Source of the DNA: Cyanobacteria bacterium HKST-UBA04
GTDB lineage: Bacteria > Cyanobacteriota > Vampirovibrionia > Vampirovibrionales > JAGQHJ01
DNA length: 64,000 nucleotides
Direction of reading: 5' to 3'
Assembly (NCBI GenBank): GCA_020431915.1
Contig: JAGQHJ010000004.1
Coordinates: 18,393 to 82,392 of the forward strand
Below are positions 8,969-19,094 of the stretch, piece after piece. Both the position numbers and the translations under genes were made by a program. Every line of letters begins with the position of its first letter. The stretch's first letter is position 1. The notes beneath the pieces are model-generated. The model was not told the DNA's origin. It was given only the letters and a program-made list of their open reading frames with translations, and did no database searches.

Positions 8969-10984
8969 CTAGTGCAACGCGTCGCGGTTTTCGGTACCCA
9001 CAATCTCGACGTCCACCACCTCACCGTCACGGATGTCCTCCGGGAGCGGGGCTGAAATCAACGGATCGTCCGGGAGCTTATCCACAATGGCTTCGGGACT
9101 TTTGATGCGCACGGCATTGACCCGGTGTCCGTCCATGGCCAGCACCGTCAACGTCAGGTCTTCAAATTCCACGGCATCTTCCACCCGGGGCTCCTGGCCC
9201 AGCAGGCCAAACACCACACCGCCCAGGGTCTTGAAGTCGGTGGCCGGAATATTAAAGCCAAAGTGCTGGTTGAGCTTCTCCACCTCAAAACGGCCGCTAA
9301 CGACCAGCTCGTCGGCATTGGGTTGCTCAATCCAATCCTCTTCCTCGTCGTCGGGGTCGTAAATTTCGCCCACGATTTCCTCAATCAGGTCCTCAAGGGT
9401 GGCAATACCGGCAAAGCCGCCATGCTCGTCGACCACCAGGGCCAGTTTGGTTTTGCGGCGCTTAAATTCCTCAAGCAAGTCGCTGATGGGCTTGTTTTCC
9501 GGGTAGACCCCTACCTTTTTAACCAGGGCCTCGATGCTTTGGTTGGCCGGGTATTCGCTCAAAGCCCCCATCACGGTCTTGAGCGTAATAATACCGACAA
9601 TATCGTCCAGGTCGTTTCGGTACACCGGCAGGCGCGAAAAACCGGTTTCCTTGAGCTTGCCCAGGGCTTCCTGCAGGTTGGCCGTCACCTCAATGCAATC
9701 CACATCGGTACGGGGCACCATAATGTCGCTGACGCGGCGCTGGGTAAACTCGTACACGTTAACCAGCATCTGCTCTTCGGTGGGTTTAATCACCTCGTTG
9801 CGCACCCCAAGATGCACCACCCGGGCAAACTGGTTGCGCCACTCCTGATCACTTTCGTGGGCCACCACCTCAATCAGCACTTCCTTGACGGTCTTAAATT
9901 TGGTATGCACGCGGTCACGCACATGTTCGGTCAGGTCATCCACGTCCTTAACGGCGATATCGGGGTCTACTTCAACTCGAAGGTGCACCACCACACCGCT
10001 CATGCCGTAGTCTGCCGTTTTCAGGTCCAGAACAGCGGTAATACCGTGGATGTTATGCACATACTCGCGGATGTGCCGCTCAACGACCGGCCCGGCACTC
10101 GACCCGGTCAGACCCCGGCTGTTGTGCAGAAACAGGTAGACCCCCAAGCCCACAATCATCAACCCAATGACCACCGAGGCGAATGCATCCGGGAAATGGC
10201 TGTATTCCTTTGGAATCAGGCCAACATGAGGACCGAATTTGCTCATGGTAATGGCAATAAGGGCCAGCAAGGCACCTAAAAAGGCCAGCGAGTCTTCATA
10301 AAACACAAACCGGGTGGTGGGGCTCACCACGTACCGAACCTGCTTGAGGGCACGCAAAATGGTTCGCCAGGGCCGGTCATCCTCCAGCCCCTGCTCGGCC
10401 AGCACGGCACTGGCCGCCATATAGACCGCCCCGATTTCAAGCACAATGCTCATCAGCAGCACCAGGGCCGAAACCGCAAATATCTCGTGGGCTTCCGGGT
10501 GCATCAGCCGGTCAATCCCCAACGAGATGGACCATCCCCCCAACAACAACATAAACAAGCTGGCCAGCATGGCCCACAGGGTGGTTTCCAGCCCATAGCC
10601 AAAGGGATGGGTCTTGTCGGCTGCCCGCGACCCCTTTTGCAAGCCAATTAGCAGGAAGCCGCTGTTGATGGCGTCGGCATACGAGTGGATGGCTTCCGAC
10701 ATCATCGAACTGTGCCGGCCAATAAGCCCGGCAAACAGCTTAATAGAACCAATGACCACGTTGGCCAGCAAGGCCACGATAACGGCCCGGCGTCCATGGA
10801 GCTTGGAAAACGTATAAACCGGGGACGATCGGGTAGGGTCAGGATCCGCATCTTCATCGGTGTAATCCACCACGTTGGTGGCCGGATAAATCACAACCGG
10901 AGAAGCCGATGAGTTGATTTGCTGGGCCTCGCGGCCCCGTCTACTGTGAGGGTCGTTCATAGTGTGGTGGGGGTTACCAAACAA
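8969..10984 (-). CDS. cation diffusion facilitator transporter fused to a CBS-pair and CorC_HlyC domain
   Basis: The N-terminal part carries CDF signatures (HSYADAINSGFLL, DKTHPFGYG, a six-TM pattern and a cytoplasmic domain). The C-terminal part carries RVSDIMVPRTDV, VVDEHGGFAGIATLEDLIEEIVGEI and a CorC_HlyC-like tail. Confidence 0.8.
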   Translation of the reverse strand: MFGNPHHTMNDPHSRRGREAQQINSSASPVVIYPATNVVDYTDEDADPDPTRSSPVYTFSKLHGRRAVIVALLANVVIGSIKLFAGLIGRHSSMMSEAIHSYADAINSGFLLIGLQKGSRAADKTHPFGYGLETTLWAMLASLFMLLLGGWSISLGIDRLMHPEAHEIFAVSALVLLMSIVLEIGAVYMAASAVLAEQGLEDDRPWRTILRALKQVRYVVSPTTRFVFYEDSLAFLGALLALIAITMSKFGPHVGLIPKEYSHFPDAFASVVIGLMIVGLGVYLFLHNSRGLTGSSAGPVVERHIREYVHNIHGITAVLDLKTADYGMSGVVVHLRVEVDPDIAVKDVDDLTEHVRDRVHTKFKTVKEVLIEVVAHESDQEWRNQFARVVHLGVRNEVIKPTEEQMLVNVYEFTQRRVSDIMVPRTDVDCIEVTANLQEALGKLKETGFSRLPVYRNDLDDIVGIITLKTVMGALSEYPANQSIEALVKKVGVYPENKPISDLLEEFKRRKTKLALVVDEHGGFAGIATLEDLIEEIVGEIYDPDDEEEDWIEQPNADELVVSGRFEVEKLNQHFGFNIPATDFKTLGGVVFGLLGQEPRVEDAVEFEDLTLTVLAMDGHRVNAVRIKSPEAIVDKLPDDPLISAPLPEDIRDGEVVDVEIVGTENRDALH

Positions 10985-11205
10985 TGGGGCCCTGCAGCGG
11001 GGATGATCGGCACAGGAAGACTATGGCGGAAATCACGCCTGGAGGCACCCAGGTGGGATATCGCGTTGTGGCGTATGGGGTTGTTTAAACACCTACACAT
11101 AGTTACGGGTTATTATACGCCTTTTTATACCGTCTTTCAATCCAACACCGGGTGGAGTTTGAGAAACCAAAGCCCTGACAGGGACTAGCCCCTGTTTTGC
11201 CCTGT

Positions 11206-11523
11206 TTACTTACCCAGGTCCTCAAGGAAAATCTCATCACCAAGCCGATGGCCCTGCTCCAGAACAAACGGCTCGTCCTCTTCCTCCAGCTTAGCGGGCT
11301 TTTTAAACAGCTCGTCCACCCAGCCTGGGTTCTTAATCCGGTGCCCCAAGGGCTGATCCACAATTCGGCCAATCTCTCGGCCCAGCACACCAAGTACAAC
11401 CGCCGCCAGCACAGCAAATATTGTGGCGTGGAAGGCGTTCTGCGTATTTAACCAGCTGGAAACCAGCACCAGCAAAAAGCCGGCGGAGGCAAACAGGTAC
11501 ATTAATCGCGTTTTTTGGTACAT
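11206..11523 (-). CDS. hypothetical small membrane protein (2 TM, acidic tail)
   Basis: Two hydrophobic helices followed by KLEEEDEPFVLEQG. It lies immediately downstream of flhA on the same strand. Confidence 0.5.
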   Translation of the reverse strand: MYQKTRLMYLFASAGFLLVLVSSWLNTQNAFHATIFAVLAAVVLGVLGREIGRIVDQPLGHRIKNPGWVDELFKKPAKLEEEDEPFVLEQGHRLGDEIFLEDLGK

Positions 11524-11598
11524 CGGGGTTGGGGGGTCTGTTCTGGTTTCTGGTTTGGTTATAAACCACTACGTAACATCAGGAGGGGAGAAAAGGGG

Positions 11599-13692
11599 TT
11601 AAACGGCGGCATTGGCGGTTTCCACCTGCACGGCCCCCAGGGAGCGTACCCTGACGGTGGGGCCTATTTCGTTGTACGACATCACGGCTATCTGCGGCAA
11701 CATCCGTTCAATCAACCGGCGAATGGGCAGGCGGATAACGCCGTTGCAAAGCAGCACGGGCTGAATACCCTCCTGCATCAGCACGGCTTCTACCTGCTGG
11801 TTTATGCCGTTGAGCAGGCCCTGGGTAAAGGAGGGGCTTAGCGACAGAAGCTGCTTGTCATCACTCAGGCCCTGGGCAATCTCGTCCTCGACGGCCGGGG
11901 CCATGGTAATAACCGGCAGTTCGCCACTGGACGGGTCTTCATACTGCTTGCAAATGCTTCGGCTCAGGGCCATGCGGCACTGTTCGGTCAGGTAGTCCAG
12001 TTCCTTGCTGACACGGGCATGGTAGCCCAAGGCATCGAGCACAGCCGTCAGGTCGCGAATACACACGCGCTCACGCAGCAGGTTCTGCAAAATGGCGTGC
12101 AGCTCGGGCAGGGAAATCAGGTCGGGCACGACGTCGTCCACCAGGCTTTCGGCGGTCGTGCGCAGGTTGTCCAGCAGCTGCTGCACGTCGCCACGGGTCA
12201 GGATGTCGGCAGCATACCGTTTGACCGTCTCGCTGAGATGGGTGGCCACCACCGCCGAAGCCGTTACCACGGTATACCCTTTTGCCTCGGCCTCCTCCTG
12301 CTTGGCCTTGCCAATCCACAAGGCCGGCAGGCCAAAGGCGGGTTCCTTGGTCTCCAGGCCCTGAATCGCCTCTTCGGTGCCATCGGTATTCATGGCCATA
12401 ATCATATCGGGCCGAACGTCACCGGTTTCAATAACCACCCCGCGAAGCTTTATCTGGTAGTTGTTCGGGGGCAGTTGCAAATTGTCGCGCACCCGGATAC
12501 TGGGCAATACCATCCCCAGATCCGTGGCCACCTGTCGGCGAATCTGGGCAATACGGTCCAGCAGATCGCCATCCCTGTCGCCTTCAAGCAGGGGCACCAA
12601 CCGGTACCCAATTTCCAGTTCCATGGCTTCGACGTTAAGCAGCTCCAACACCGCCTCGCGACTACCAGGCTTCTTGCGCTTCTCGGTCGCCTCTTCCTGG
12701 GTGGCCTGCACCGCCGCCATTTCCTGGCGCTTTTTGTCTTTTTTAACCAAACTGAACGCGCCCACACCGGCAATAACGGCAATAACCATAAACGGTGCAG
12801 TCGGTAACCCCGGCACCAGCGCCAAAGCACCCAGCAACCCGGAGACCGTACCCAGAACCTTGGGATTGGCAAACATTTGCAGTTGAATATCATCGCCCAG
12901 GCTGGATTTTTCATCCTCGGCCACGCGGGTAATCAGGATACCGGTTGCCGTTGAAATAACCAGCGCCGGCAGTTGCGACACAAGGCCGTCACCGATGGTT
13001 AACACGGTAAACGTTTGTACGGCCTGGTCTATGGGCATGCCCAGCTGGAAAACCCCAACCACCAAACCACCAATAAGGTTAACCAGCACGATAATAATAC
13101 CGGCAATGGCGTCGCCCTTCACAAATTTCGACGCACCGTCCATGGTCCCGTAGAAGTCGGCTTCGGTCTGGATTTTCTTGCGGCGTTTCTTGGCATCCTC
13201 TTCGGTAATCAACCCCGCATTCAGATCGGCATCAATACTCAACTGTTTACCGGGCATGGCATCCAAGGTAAACCGGGCGGCCACCTCGGCCACACGGCCC
13301 GCACCGTTGGTAATAACGATAAAGTTGATGACCACCAGGATAATGAAGATCAACACACCCACCAGATAGTTGCCGCCCACCACAAAGTTGCCGAAGGCTT
13401 CAATCACCTCGCCGCCCTGGGCTGTGGTCAGGATGAGCCGGGTCGTGCTGACGTTCATCCCCAGCCTGAACAGGGTAGCCACCAGCAGGATGGTGGGGAA
13501 GGTGGAATACTGTAGCGGCTCGTTGGTATAGATGGTGACCATCATCATCGTCACGCTCAGAGCCAGGTTGACCGTCAGCAAGATGTCAACGAGCATCGGT
13601 GGAATCGGCAGCACCAGCATGCCAATCATCAGCGCAATGGCCACGCTGAGCATGATGTCTTTATGCTTCAGGATGCGTTGCAACTGTTCCAT
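11599..13692 (-). CDS. flhA: flagellar biosynthesis protein FlhA (export gate)
   Basis: 697 aa. N-terminal TM region with FPTILLVATLFRLGMNVSTTRLIL and RVAEVAARFTLDAMPGKQLSIDADLNAG (FHIPEP motifs), plus a large cytoplasmic domain. Confidence 0.92.
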   Translation of the reverse strand: MEQLQRILKHKDIMLSVAIALMIGMLVLPIPPMLVDILLTVNLALSVTMMMVTIYTNEPLQYSTFPTILLVATLFRLGMNVSTTRLILTTAQGGEVIEAFGNFVVGGNYLVGVLIFIILVVINFIVITNGAGRVAEVAARFTLDAMPGKQLSIDADLNAGLITEEDAKKRRKKIQTEADFYGTMDGASKFVKGDAIAGIIIVLVNLIGGLVVGVFQLGMPIDQAVQTFTVLTIGDGLVSQLPALVISTATGILITRVAEDEKSSLGDDIQLQMFANPKVLGTVSGLLGALALVPGLPTAPFMVIAVIAGVGAFSLVKKDKKRQEMAAVQATQEEATEKRKKPGSREAVLELLNVEAMELEIGYRLVPLLEGDRDGDLLDRIAQIRRQVATDLGMVLPSIRVRDNLQLPPNNYQIKLRGVVIETGDVRPDMIMAMNTDGTEEAIQGLETKEPAFGLPALWIGKAKQEEAEAKGYTVVTASAVVATHLSETVKRYAADILTRGDVQQLLDNLRTTAESLVDDVVPDLISLPELHAILQNLLRERVCIRDLTAVLDALGYHARVSKELDYLTEQCRMALSRSICKQYEDPSSGELPVITMAPAVEDEIAQGLSDDKQLLSLSPSFTQGLLNGINQQVEAVLMQEGIQPVLLCNGVIRLPIRRLIERMLPQIAVMSYNEIGPTVRVRSLGAVQVETANAAV

Positions 13693-14840
13693 CAGGCATG
13701 GCCTCCGTCAGGTTGCAAACCGGGATCGGGCATGGGGCCCACCAGCTTGCGCCAGCGGTCGCGTTGCTGACGCCGCCCCTTGTTCTGGGTAAAGATAAAC
13801 GCCAGCACCTGGGCCACCGCCACAAACAGGTGCGGCGGAATCATATGGTCCACTTCCACCTGGGCATACAAGGCACGGGCCAGGGGTTTGTTTTCCATCA
13901 TCGGTACCCCATGGGCCTTGGCCACTTCCCGGATTTTGAACGCCAGCACATCGGCCCCCTTGGCAATAACACGCGGTGCGGCACATTCATCCGGATCATA
14001 CTGGATGGCCACGGAGAAGTGGGTCGGGTTGGTCAGTACCACATCGGCCTGGGGAACGGCTGCCAGCATGCGTTTTCTAACCAGGGACTGCCCCACGCTT
14101 TTCATCTTGCGCTTCATTTCGGGGCTACCTTCCGAATTACGCATCTCGTCCTTGATTTCCTGGCGGCTCATGCGCAACTGCTTCATCAACTGGAAAATCT
14201 GGTAGCGCCAGTCGGCAGCCCCCAACACAAACAAGGCCAGCCCAACACCAAGGGTCATGTTCAGAATCGTCTGGAACAGTCCGCTGCTGGCATGGATGAG
14301 GGTCATCTGCCCGGTGCTCAACAAAAACCCAAGCTGGGCCTGTACCACAAAAAAGCAAACAGCAGAGACCAGGGCAATTTTAAGAATCCCCTTAACCAGC
14401 TCGACAAGAGCGCGCTGGCTAAACATGCGCTTGAAGCCTTCGACCGGGTTAAGCTTGTTGAACTTGGGATGGATGGCCTCGAAGGCCACCAGTGGCTTGA
14501 CCTGGAACAGGTTGATGCTGGCGCCCACAATCATGGCACCCACCAGGAACGGGGCCATCAACAGGGTCATATGCATTACGCCGCTGCTGAAGAGGTGCAG
14601 AAAGGCATCGAGGGACATGGGCGCCTTGCCGCTGACCGCCATCTGATGCACAAAAAACTGGCGAAACAGCCGGATCAGGTAGGCCAGCATGGTGGGGCCA
14701 TACAGGCTTAACACCAGCATAATGCCGCCAATAACCATAGCGGCCGTCAGATCCTGGCTTTTGGCCACCTGGCCTTTTTTCCGGGCATCGGCTATTCGCC
14801 TTGGCGTGGGTTTTTCGGTTTTTTGTCCGGCGTTGGACAT
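13692..14840 (-). CDS. flhB: flagellar biosynthesis protein FlhB
   Basis: N-terminal QKTEKPTPRRIADARKKGQVAKSQD and the autocleavage site LTNPTHFSVAIQY. Its end abuts the flhA start by 1 nt. Confidence 0.92.
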   Translation of the reverse strand: MSNAGQKTEKPTPRRIADARKKGQVAKSQDLTAAMVIGGIMLVLSLYGPTMLAYLIRLFRQFFVHQMAVSGKAPMSLDAFLHLFSSGVMHMTLLMAPFLVGAMIVGASINLFQVKPLVAFEAIHPKFNKLNPVEGFKRMFSQRALVELVKGILKIALVSAVCFFVVQAQLGFLLSTGQMTLIHASSGLFQTILNMTLGVGLALFVLGAADWRYQIFQLMKQLRMSRQEIKDEMRNSEGSPEMKRKMKSVGQSLVRKRMLAAVPQADVVLTNPTHFSVAIQYDPDECAAPRVIAKGADVLAFKIREVAKAHGVPMMENKPLARALYAQVEVDHMIPPHLFVAVAQVLAFIFTQNKGRRQQRDRWRKLVGPMPDPGLQPDGGHA

Positions 14841-14911
14841 CGGCGGTTACCTTGGACTCCTTAGTGTGGGGGTGTTGGGTGTTGAGAAAGAAAAATCGGG
14901 GAAAGCGAGGG

Positions 14912-15697
14912 TTAACGGAACTGGTACAGCTTGGGCAGCACGGTGGCCAGGTCGCCAAACTGGTGACCCACCAGTTCCATGACAAACGGCATGGTAATCA
15001 GCATCAGCACAAGACCAATCCAGATTTTGAAGGGCAAGCTGACAATGAACATGTTCATCTGGGGCATCACCTTGGCCGTATAGGCCAGGGCCACCTCAAG
15101 GGTAATCAGGATGCCAAAAACCGGAAATGCCACAAGCAGGGCCGTGATAAACATCGTTGAGCCCATCACCAGCAAGCGCTCAATCAGGATGTTGGTTTGG
15201 ATAAGGGCGGCGCCGTCAACCAGGGGCACCAGCTCGAAACTTTTGGCCAGGGCAACAATAACCGTGTGGTGGACATTGAGGGTCAGAAACAGGGTGGCCG
15301 CCAGGATAAAATACAGCTGGCCCATGCCGGCCGACTGGTTTTGCGAAAACGGGTTGAAGCTCTGGGCCATGGCCAGGCCCATCTGCTGGCTGACCAGTGT
15401 TCCGGCCATTTCAACGGCATTGAAGACCAGCCGCACCAGGAACCCGATAATGAGCCCAATGACCAGCTCCTGTATCCCCAACAGCGCAACCTGCCACAAA
15501 TCGGTGGCCACCACGGCCTGGGCCGGCTTGTAAATCGGGTACAAAATCAGGGTCAGCGTCGCCATAAAACCAACCTTAACCTGCATCGGGATCTGCGTCT
15601 GGCTAAACAGCGGCGTGGCCAGAATCAGACCGGAGATGCGAATCAGCATCAGCAGGAACACAAGAATGGTTGAGGGGGTCAGGGCGGATAAATCCAC
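14912..15697 (-). CDS. fliR: flagellar biosynthesis protein FliR
   Basis: A 261-aa polytopic membrane protein between fliQ and flhB, with an FliR-like LLMLIRISGLILATPLF N-terminus. Confidence 0.85.
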   Translation of the reverse strand: MDLSALTPSTILVFLLMLIRISGLILATPLFSQTQIPMQVKVGFMATLTLILYPIYKPAQAVVATDLWQVALLGIQELVIGLIIGFLVRLVFNAVEMAGTLVSQQMGLAMAQSFNPFSQNQSAGMGQLYFILAATLFLTLNVHHTVIVALAKSFELVPLVDGAALIQTNILIERLLVMGSTMFITALLVAFPVFGILITLEVALAYTAKVMPQMNMFIVSLPFKIWIGLVLMLITMPFVMELVGHQFGDLATVLPKLYQFR

Positions 15698-15781
15698 AAA
15701 CAGTGGCGCTCCAAGGTTGGTTATCAGGTGGTGGGGGTTATGGGATTAAATAAATGCGTTGAAGAAAGGAAGGGGAAAAAC

Positions 15782-16054
15782 TTACATGTGGGCAATGGTG
15801 GCCAACGAGCGAAGCATGTTCTGCGAATGGCTGAGAAAGACCGACAGCATCCAGGGACTAATCATCACCAGAGTCAGCAGGCAGGCCAAAATTTTGGGCA
15901 CAAAGGTCAGGGTGGCTTCCTGAATTTGCGTCACCGCCTGGAAAAGACTGACCAATAACCCCACAGCCAGTGCCACCAACAAAACCGGGGTGGCCAGCAG
16001 CAGGGTCAGCCAGATGGCTTCCTTAACCAGATCGAGAAATACCATTTCCGTCAT
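15782..16054 (-). CDS. fliQ: flagellar biosynthesis protein FliQ
   Basis: 90 aa and 2 TM. Carries the conserved SLFQAVTQIQEATLTFVPKI block. Confidence 0.9.
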   Translation of the reverse strand: MTEMVFLDLVKEAIWLTLLLATPVLLVALAVGLLVSLFQAVTQIQEATLTFVPKILACLLTLVMISPWMLSVFLSHSQNMLRSLATIAHM

Positions 16055-16072
16055 GCCGGACTCAAACTCCTA

Positions 16073-16897
16073 TTAACCGAAGCCCAGAACCAGGGCTTCC
16101 GACAGCAGGTGCCACCCGTCGACCAGTACAAACAACACAATCTTAAAAGGCAGTGAGATGGTAATGGGCGGCAAAAACAACATCCCCATCGACACCAGGA
16201 TGCTGCTGACCACCATGTCGATAATGAGGAAGGGCAAAAAGATGACAAAGCCCAACTGGAACGCCGTTTTCAATTCGCTGATAACAAAGGCCGGCAACAG
16301 CACATAGGTGGGTACGTCTGCCTGGGTCTTGGGCTTCTCAAGCTTGGCCAGGTTCACAAACAGGGCCAGGTCCTTGTCATCGGTTTGCTTGAACATAAAC
16401 TGCCGAATGGGGGCCAAGCTGCGATCCAGGGCCACCTGCTGCGAGATTTTCTTGTCCAGGTAGGGCTTCAGTGCCGTTTCGTTAATGGTGGAAAAGGTCG
16501 GGGTCATCACGAAAAAGGTCAGGATAAGCGAGAAACCAATCACCACCTGGTTGGGTGGCAGCTGGGGCGATCCGATGGCCTGCCGGGCCAGGGACAATAC
16601 AATAACGATGCGGGTAAAGGCGGTGGTCATCACCATAAAAGCCGGGGCCAGCGTCAGCACCGTCAACAAAATCAAAATCTGCAGGCCCTGGCTCAAATCC
16701 TCGGGGCTATTGGCCTGACCCACCCGAATGTCGAGCGTCGGCAGTCCCAGTGCCTGGGCCGAAGACGGGACATTCCAGCCCAGCAGTACCAGCCCAATAA
16801 CCAAGGCCGCCAACAGGAACAGCCCCTTAACGGCATGGGACGGCAGGCTGGGGACAGTGGCCAGTACACGGTTGTGGCGCGTAATAACGACGCTCAT
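16073..16897 (-). CDS. fliP: flagellar biosynthesis protein FliP
   Basis: Conserved MTTAFTRIVIVLSLARQAIG, PPNQVVIGFSLILTFFVM and AFVISELKTAFQLGF blocks. The start is set at the ATG at 16897, preceded by AAGGTGAG. The track ORF extends to 16948. Confidence 0.88.
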   Translation of the reverse strand: MSVVITRHNRVLATVPSLPSHAVKGLFLLAALVIGLVLLGWNVPSSAQALGLPTLDIRVGQANSPEDLSQGLQILILLTVLTLAPAFMVMTTAFTRIVIVLSLARQAIGSPQLPPNQVVIGFSLILTFFVMTPTFSTINETALKPYLDKKISQQVALDRSLAPIRQFMFKQTDDKDLALFVNLAKLEKPKTQADVPTYVLLPAFVISELKTAFQLGFVIFLPFLIIDMVVSSILVSMGMLFLPPITISLPFKIVLFVLVDGWHLLSEALVLGFG

Positions 16898-17174
16898 ACG
16901 CTCACCTTTACTCTTGGCTCGATCGGCTAAGGCACGCCCCCAATACAACTGGGGTAGCCTCAGGGCACGGAGGGTGTCACACGTTTATTTCCAGAAAAGA
17001 CCGGTCGGTTCAGGCATCAGGCCTGCTTCCAGTCCTATCAGCATAATGACGTATGACCCGATCAGCGTCACCATCTGAATGGGGGAGAGCAGCGGGTGAT
17101 GGGGCGATTTCTACACCGAACGGAGGAGGGGGACAAACCCACCCGAAGCAGATCGGTACGGCCAAGGGGGCCGT

Positions 17175-17936
17175 TTACGGAGTGGCTGGTTGCCGGGCAA
17201 AAAAGTGGCTGGCCAACGCCTCGGCATGCGGCAAGTCGTCCTGGGTCGTCAGCTTGATGTTGAAGGGATCATCGGGCACCATCCGCACGGTCTGGCTTTC
17301 ATCGCAAAACGTCTCGACGAGCGCCGCATCATCCGTGAGAAACGGCTCGCCGCTGACGGCTTCGTGGGCCGCCTTTAAAATACCGTAGCGGAAGGCCTGC
17401 GGGGTATGAACCTGCCACAGCCCGGCCCGGGAAATGGTTTTTTTGACGGGGCTGCCTTCGCTTACATCGCAAACTTCCTTGAGGGTGTTGGTCATCGGCG
17501 CCCCCAGCGAGGCCCCCACGGTCGGGCTGTTGTCAAACACCGCCAGCAAATCGTCGATACGGTTAGGGCGCACAAACGGCCGGGCCCCATCGTGAATCAT
17601 CACCAGACGATCGGCATCGGCCACCTTGTCCAGGCCCAGGGCATTAAGGCCATTCTCAACCGACGCCCGGCGTGTCGGACCGCCTTCGACCCATTGAACG
17701 GGCTTGCCACCAAGGGCAATCACCTGCTCAAGGTATTGCCGGTACACCCCCATGTACTCCGGGTTGGCCACCACCACCACCCGACCCACCCGCGGGTGGT
17801 TCAGCAGTACCCCGGCACTCCAGTGCAACACCGGCTGGCCCGCCAGCAGGTGCAACAGCTTAGGCGTGCTTTTGCTAAACCGAAGCCCCGCCCCACCGGC
17901 AACCAGAATACCTATAACATCGGCTTCAGGTGACAT
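17175..17936 (-). CDS. ispD: 2-C-methyl-D-erythritol 4-phosphate cytidylyltransferase
   Basis: The N-terminal ILVAGGAGLRF, IHDGARPF and a typical length of about 230-250 aa. Confidence 0.85.
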   Translation of the reverse strand: MSPEADVIGILVAGGAGLRFSKSTPKLLHLLAGQPVLHWSAGVLLNHPRVGRVVVVANPEYMGVYRQYLEQVIALGGKPVQWVEGGPTRRASVENGLNALGLDKVADADRLVMIHDGARPFVRPNRIDDLLAVFDNSPTVGASLGAPMTNTLKEVCDVSEGSPVKKTISRAGLWQVHTPQAFRYGILKAAHEAVSGEPFLTDDAALVETFCDESQTVRMVPDDPFNIKLTTQDDLPHAEALASHFFARQPATP

Positions 17937-17954
17937 CGGGGATTAAACGCCTCC

Positions 17955-18953
17955 TCATTGGGCAACGGGTGGACAACTGGAAAAATGATCATAACACCGT
18001 TTGGCCTCCAAACAAACGCGTCCGCCCTGCCCGTCCAGCCACACCTGCCCCCCTTGCCCGGTAGAGGGCTTGAGACGACCCACAACGGTTAAAGCCGGGT
18101 AACGTCGCACATCGGCCTCGGGCAGACAAAGCACCAGTTCGAAATCCTCTCCCCCGTAAAGCACCCAATCGAGCGGATCCACCCCCAATCGGTCGGCCAG
18201 CGCCAACAGGTCGGGCTGTAGCGGCAATTGGTCTGCCGCCAGCACCATGTCCACTTGGCTAGCAGCAGCCAGCCGAAGCAGCGCATCAGCCAGCCCGTCG
18301 CTGCTGTCCATCACGGCCCGGTGCTGAACAGTGCCAGCCAACTGCATACCCAGTGACAACGGTGGATTGGGCCGACGATGGGCCAGAACCAACGCCTCAA
18401 ACTCGGTGCCTAACCCGGCACGAATGGCAGCCAGTCCCGCAGCACTGCGTCCGTGGGGACCGCTAATAGCAACCACGTCACCGGCCTGTGCCCCATCACG
18501 CCGACCCACCTTGGCCCCTGCTTCCATCTGCCCCCCCATCGACACGGTCACCATCCACTGCGATCCCCCTACGGTGTCGCCGCCCACCAACGGGCAAGCA
18601 AAGTGACGGCTGGCAGCCTCCACCCCGTCATACAACGCGCCCAGTGCCTCAAGGCCGTCATGGGCAGGGGCAGGCACAACCACCCCCACCATCATCCAGG
18701 CCGGGCAGGCGCCGGCCGAGGCCAAGTCGCTGATGCTGGCTGCCACACTACGCCAGCCCACATCGGCCAGTGCCATGGTAGACTGGCTGCCGCTGAGGGC
18801 AAAATGCTGCCCCTCCACCAGAACATCCGTCGTCAACACCTGGCGCGACGACGGATCGTAGTGGGTGTCATGGCCAAAATCGCTGCCCGAAAACCGGTGT
18901 TGCAGGCAGGCAATCCATTGCTGTTCCGTATTGAGGGCGGTGGGTTGTTTCAT
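17955..18953 (-). CDS. thiL: thiamine-monophosphate kinase
   Basis: AIR-synthase-like fold motifs TTDVLVEGQHF, SISDLASAGACP and DSSDGLADAL. Confidence 0.8.
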   Translation of the reverse strand: MKQPTALNTEQQWIACLQHRFSGSDFGHDTHYDPSSRQVLTTDVLVEGQHFALSGSQSTMALADVGWRSVAASISDLASAGACPAWMMVGVVVPAPAHDGLEALGALYDGVEAASRHFACPLVGGDTVGGSQWMVTVSMGGQMEAGAKVGRRDGAQAGDVVAISGPHGRSAAGLAAIRAGLGTEFEALVLAHRRPNPPLSLGMQLAGTVQHRAVMDSSDGLADALLRLAAASQVDMVLAADQLPLQPDLLALADRLGVDPLDWVLYGGEDFELVLCLPEADVRRYPALTVVGRLKPSTGQGGQVWLDGQGGRVCLEAKRCYDHFSSCPPVAQ

Positions 18954-19094
18954 ATAGGGCCCATGCTACCGGGCGCCCCGCCGGTTTGTCTATTTATACC
19001 CCTCAATAGCCAACGTCCCGACCCGCATGGAACAGGTCGAGACGTGGTTCAGTCAAACTTGTTTACGATAGAGAGAACAGGGGTCGCGTTGGCC

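Noticed and set aside
11599-16948. Reading the fliPQR-flhBA homologs as a non-flagellar injectisome (SctRSTUV)
   Set aside because: The gene order fliP-fliQ-fliR-flhB-flhA is the flagellar one, and the FlhB N-terminus (EKPTPRRIADARKKGQVAKS) is flagellar-like. No injectisome-specific genes (secretin SctC, needle, translocon, SctN) are nearby. The CpaC secretin belongs to the Tad cluster.
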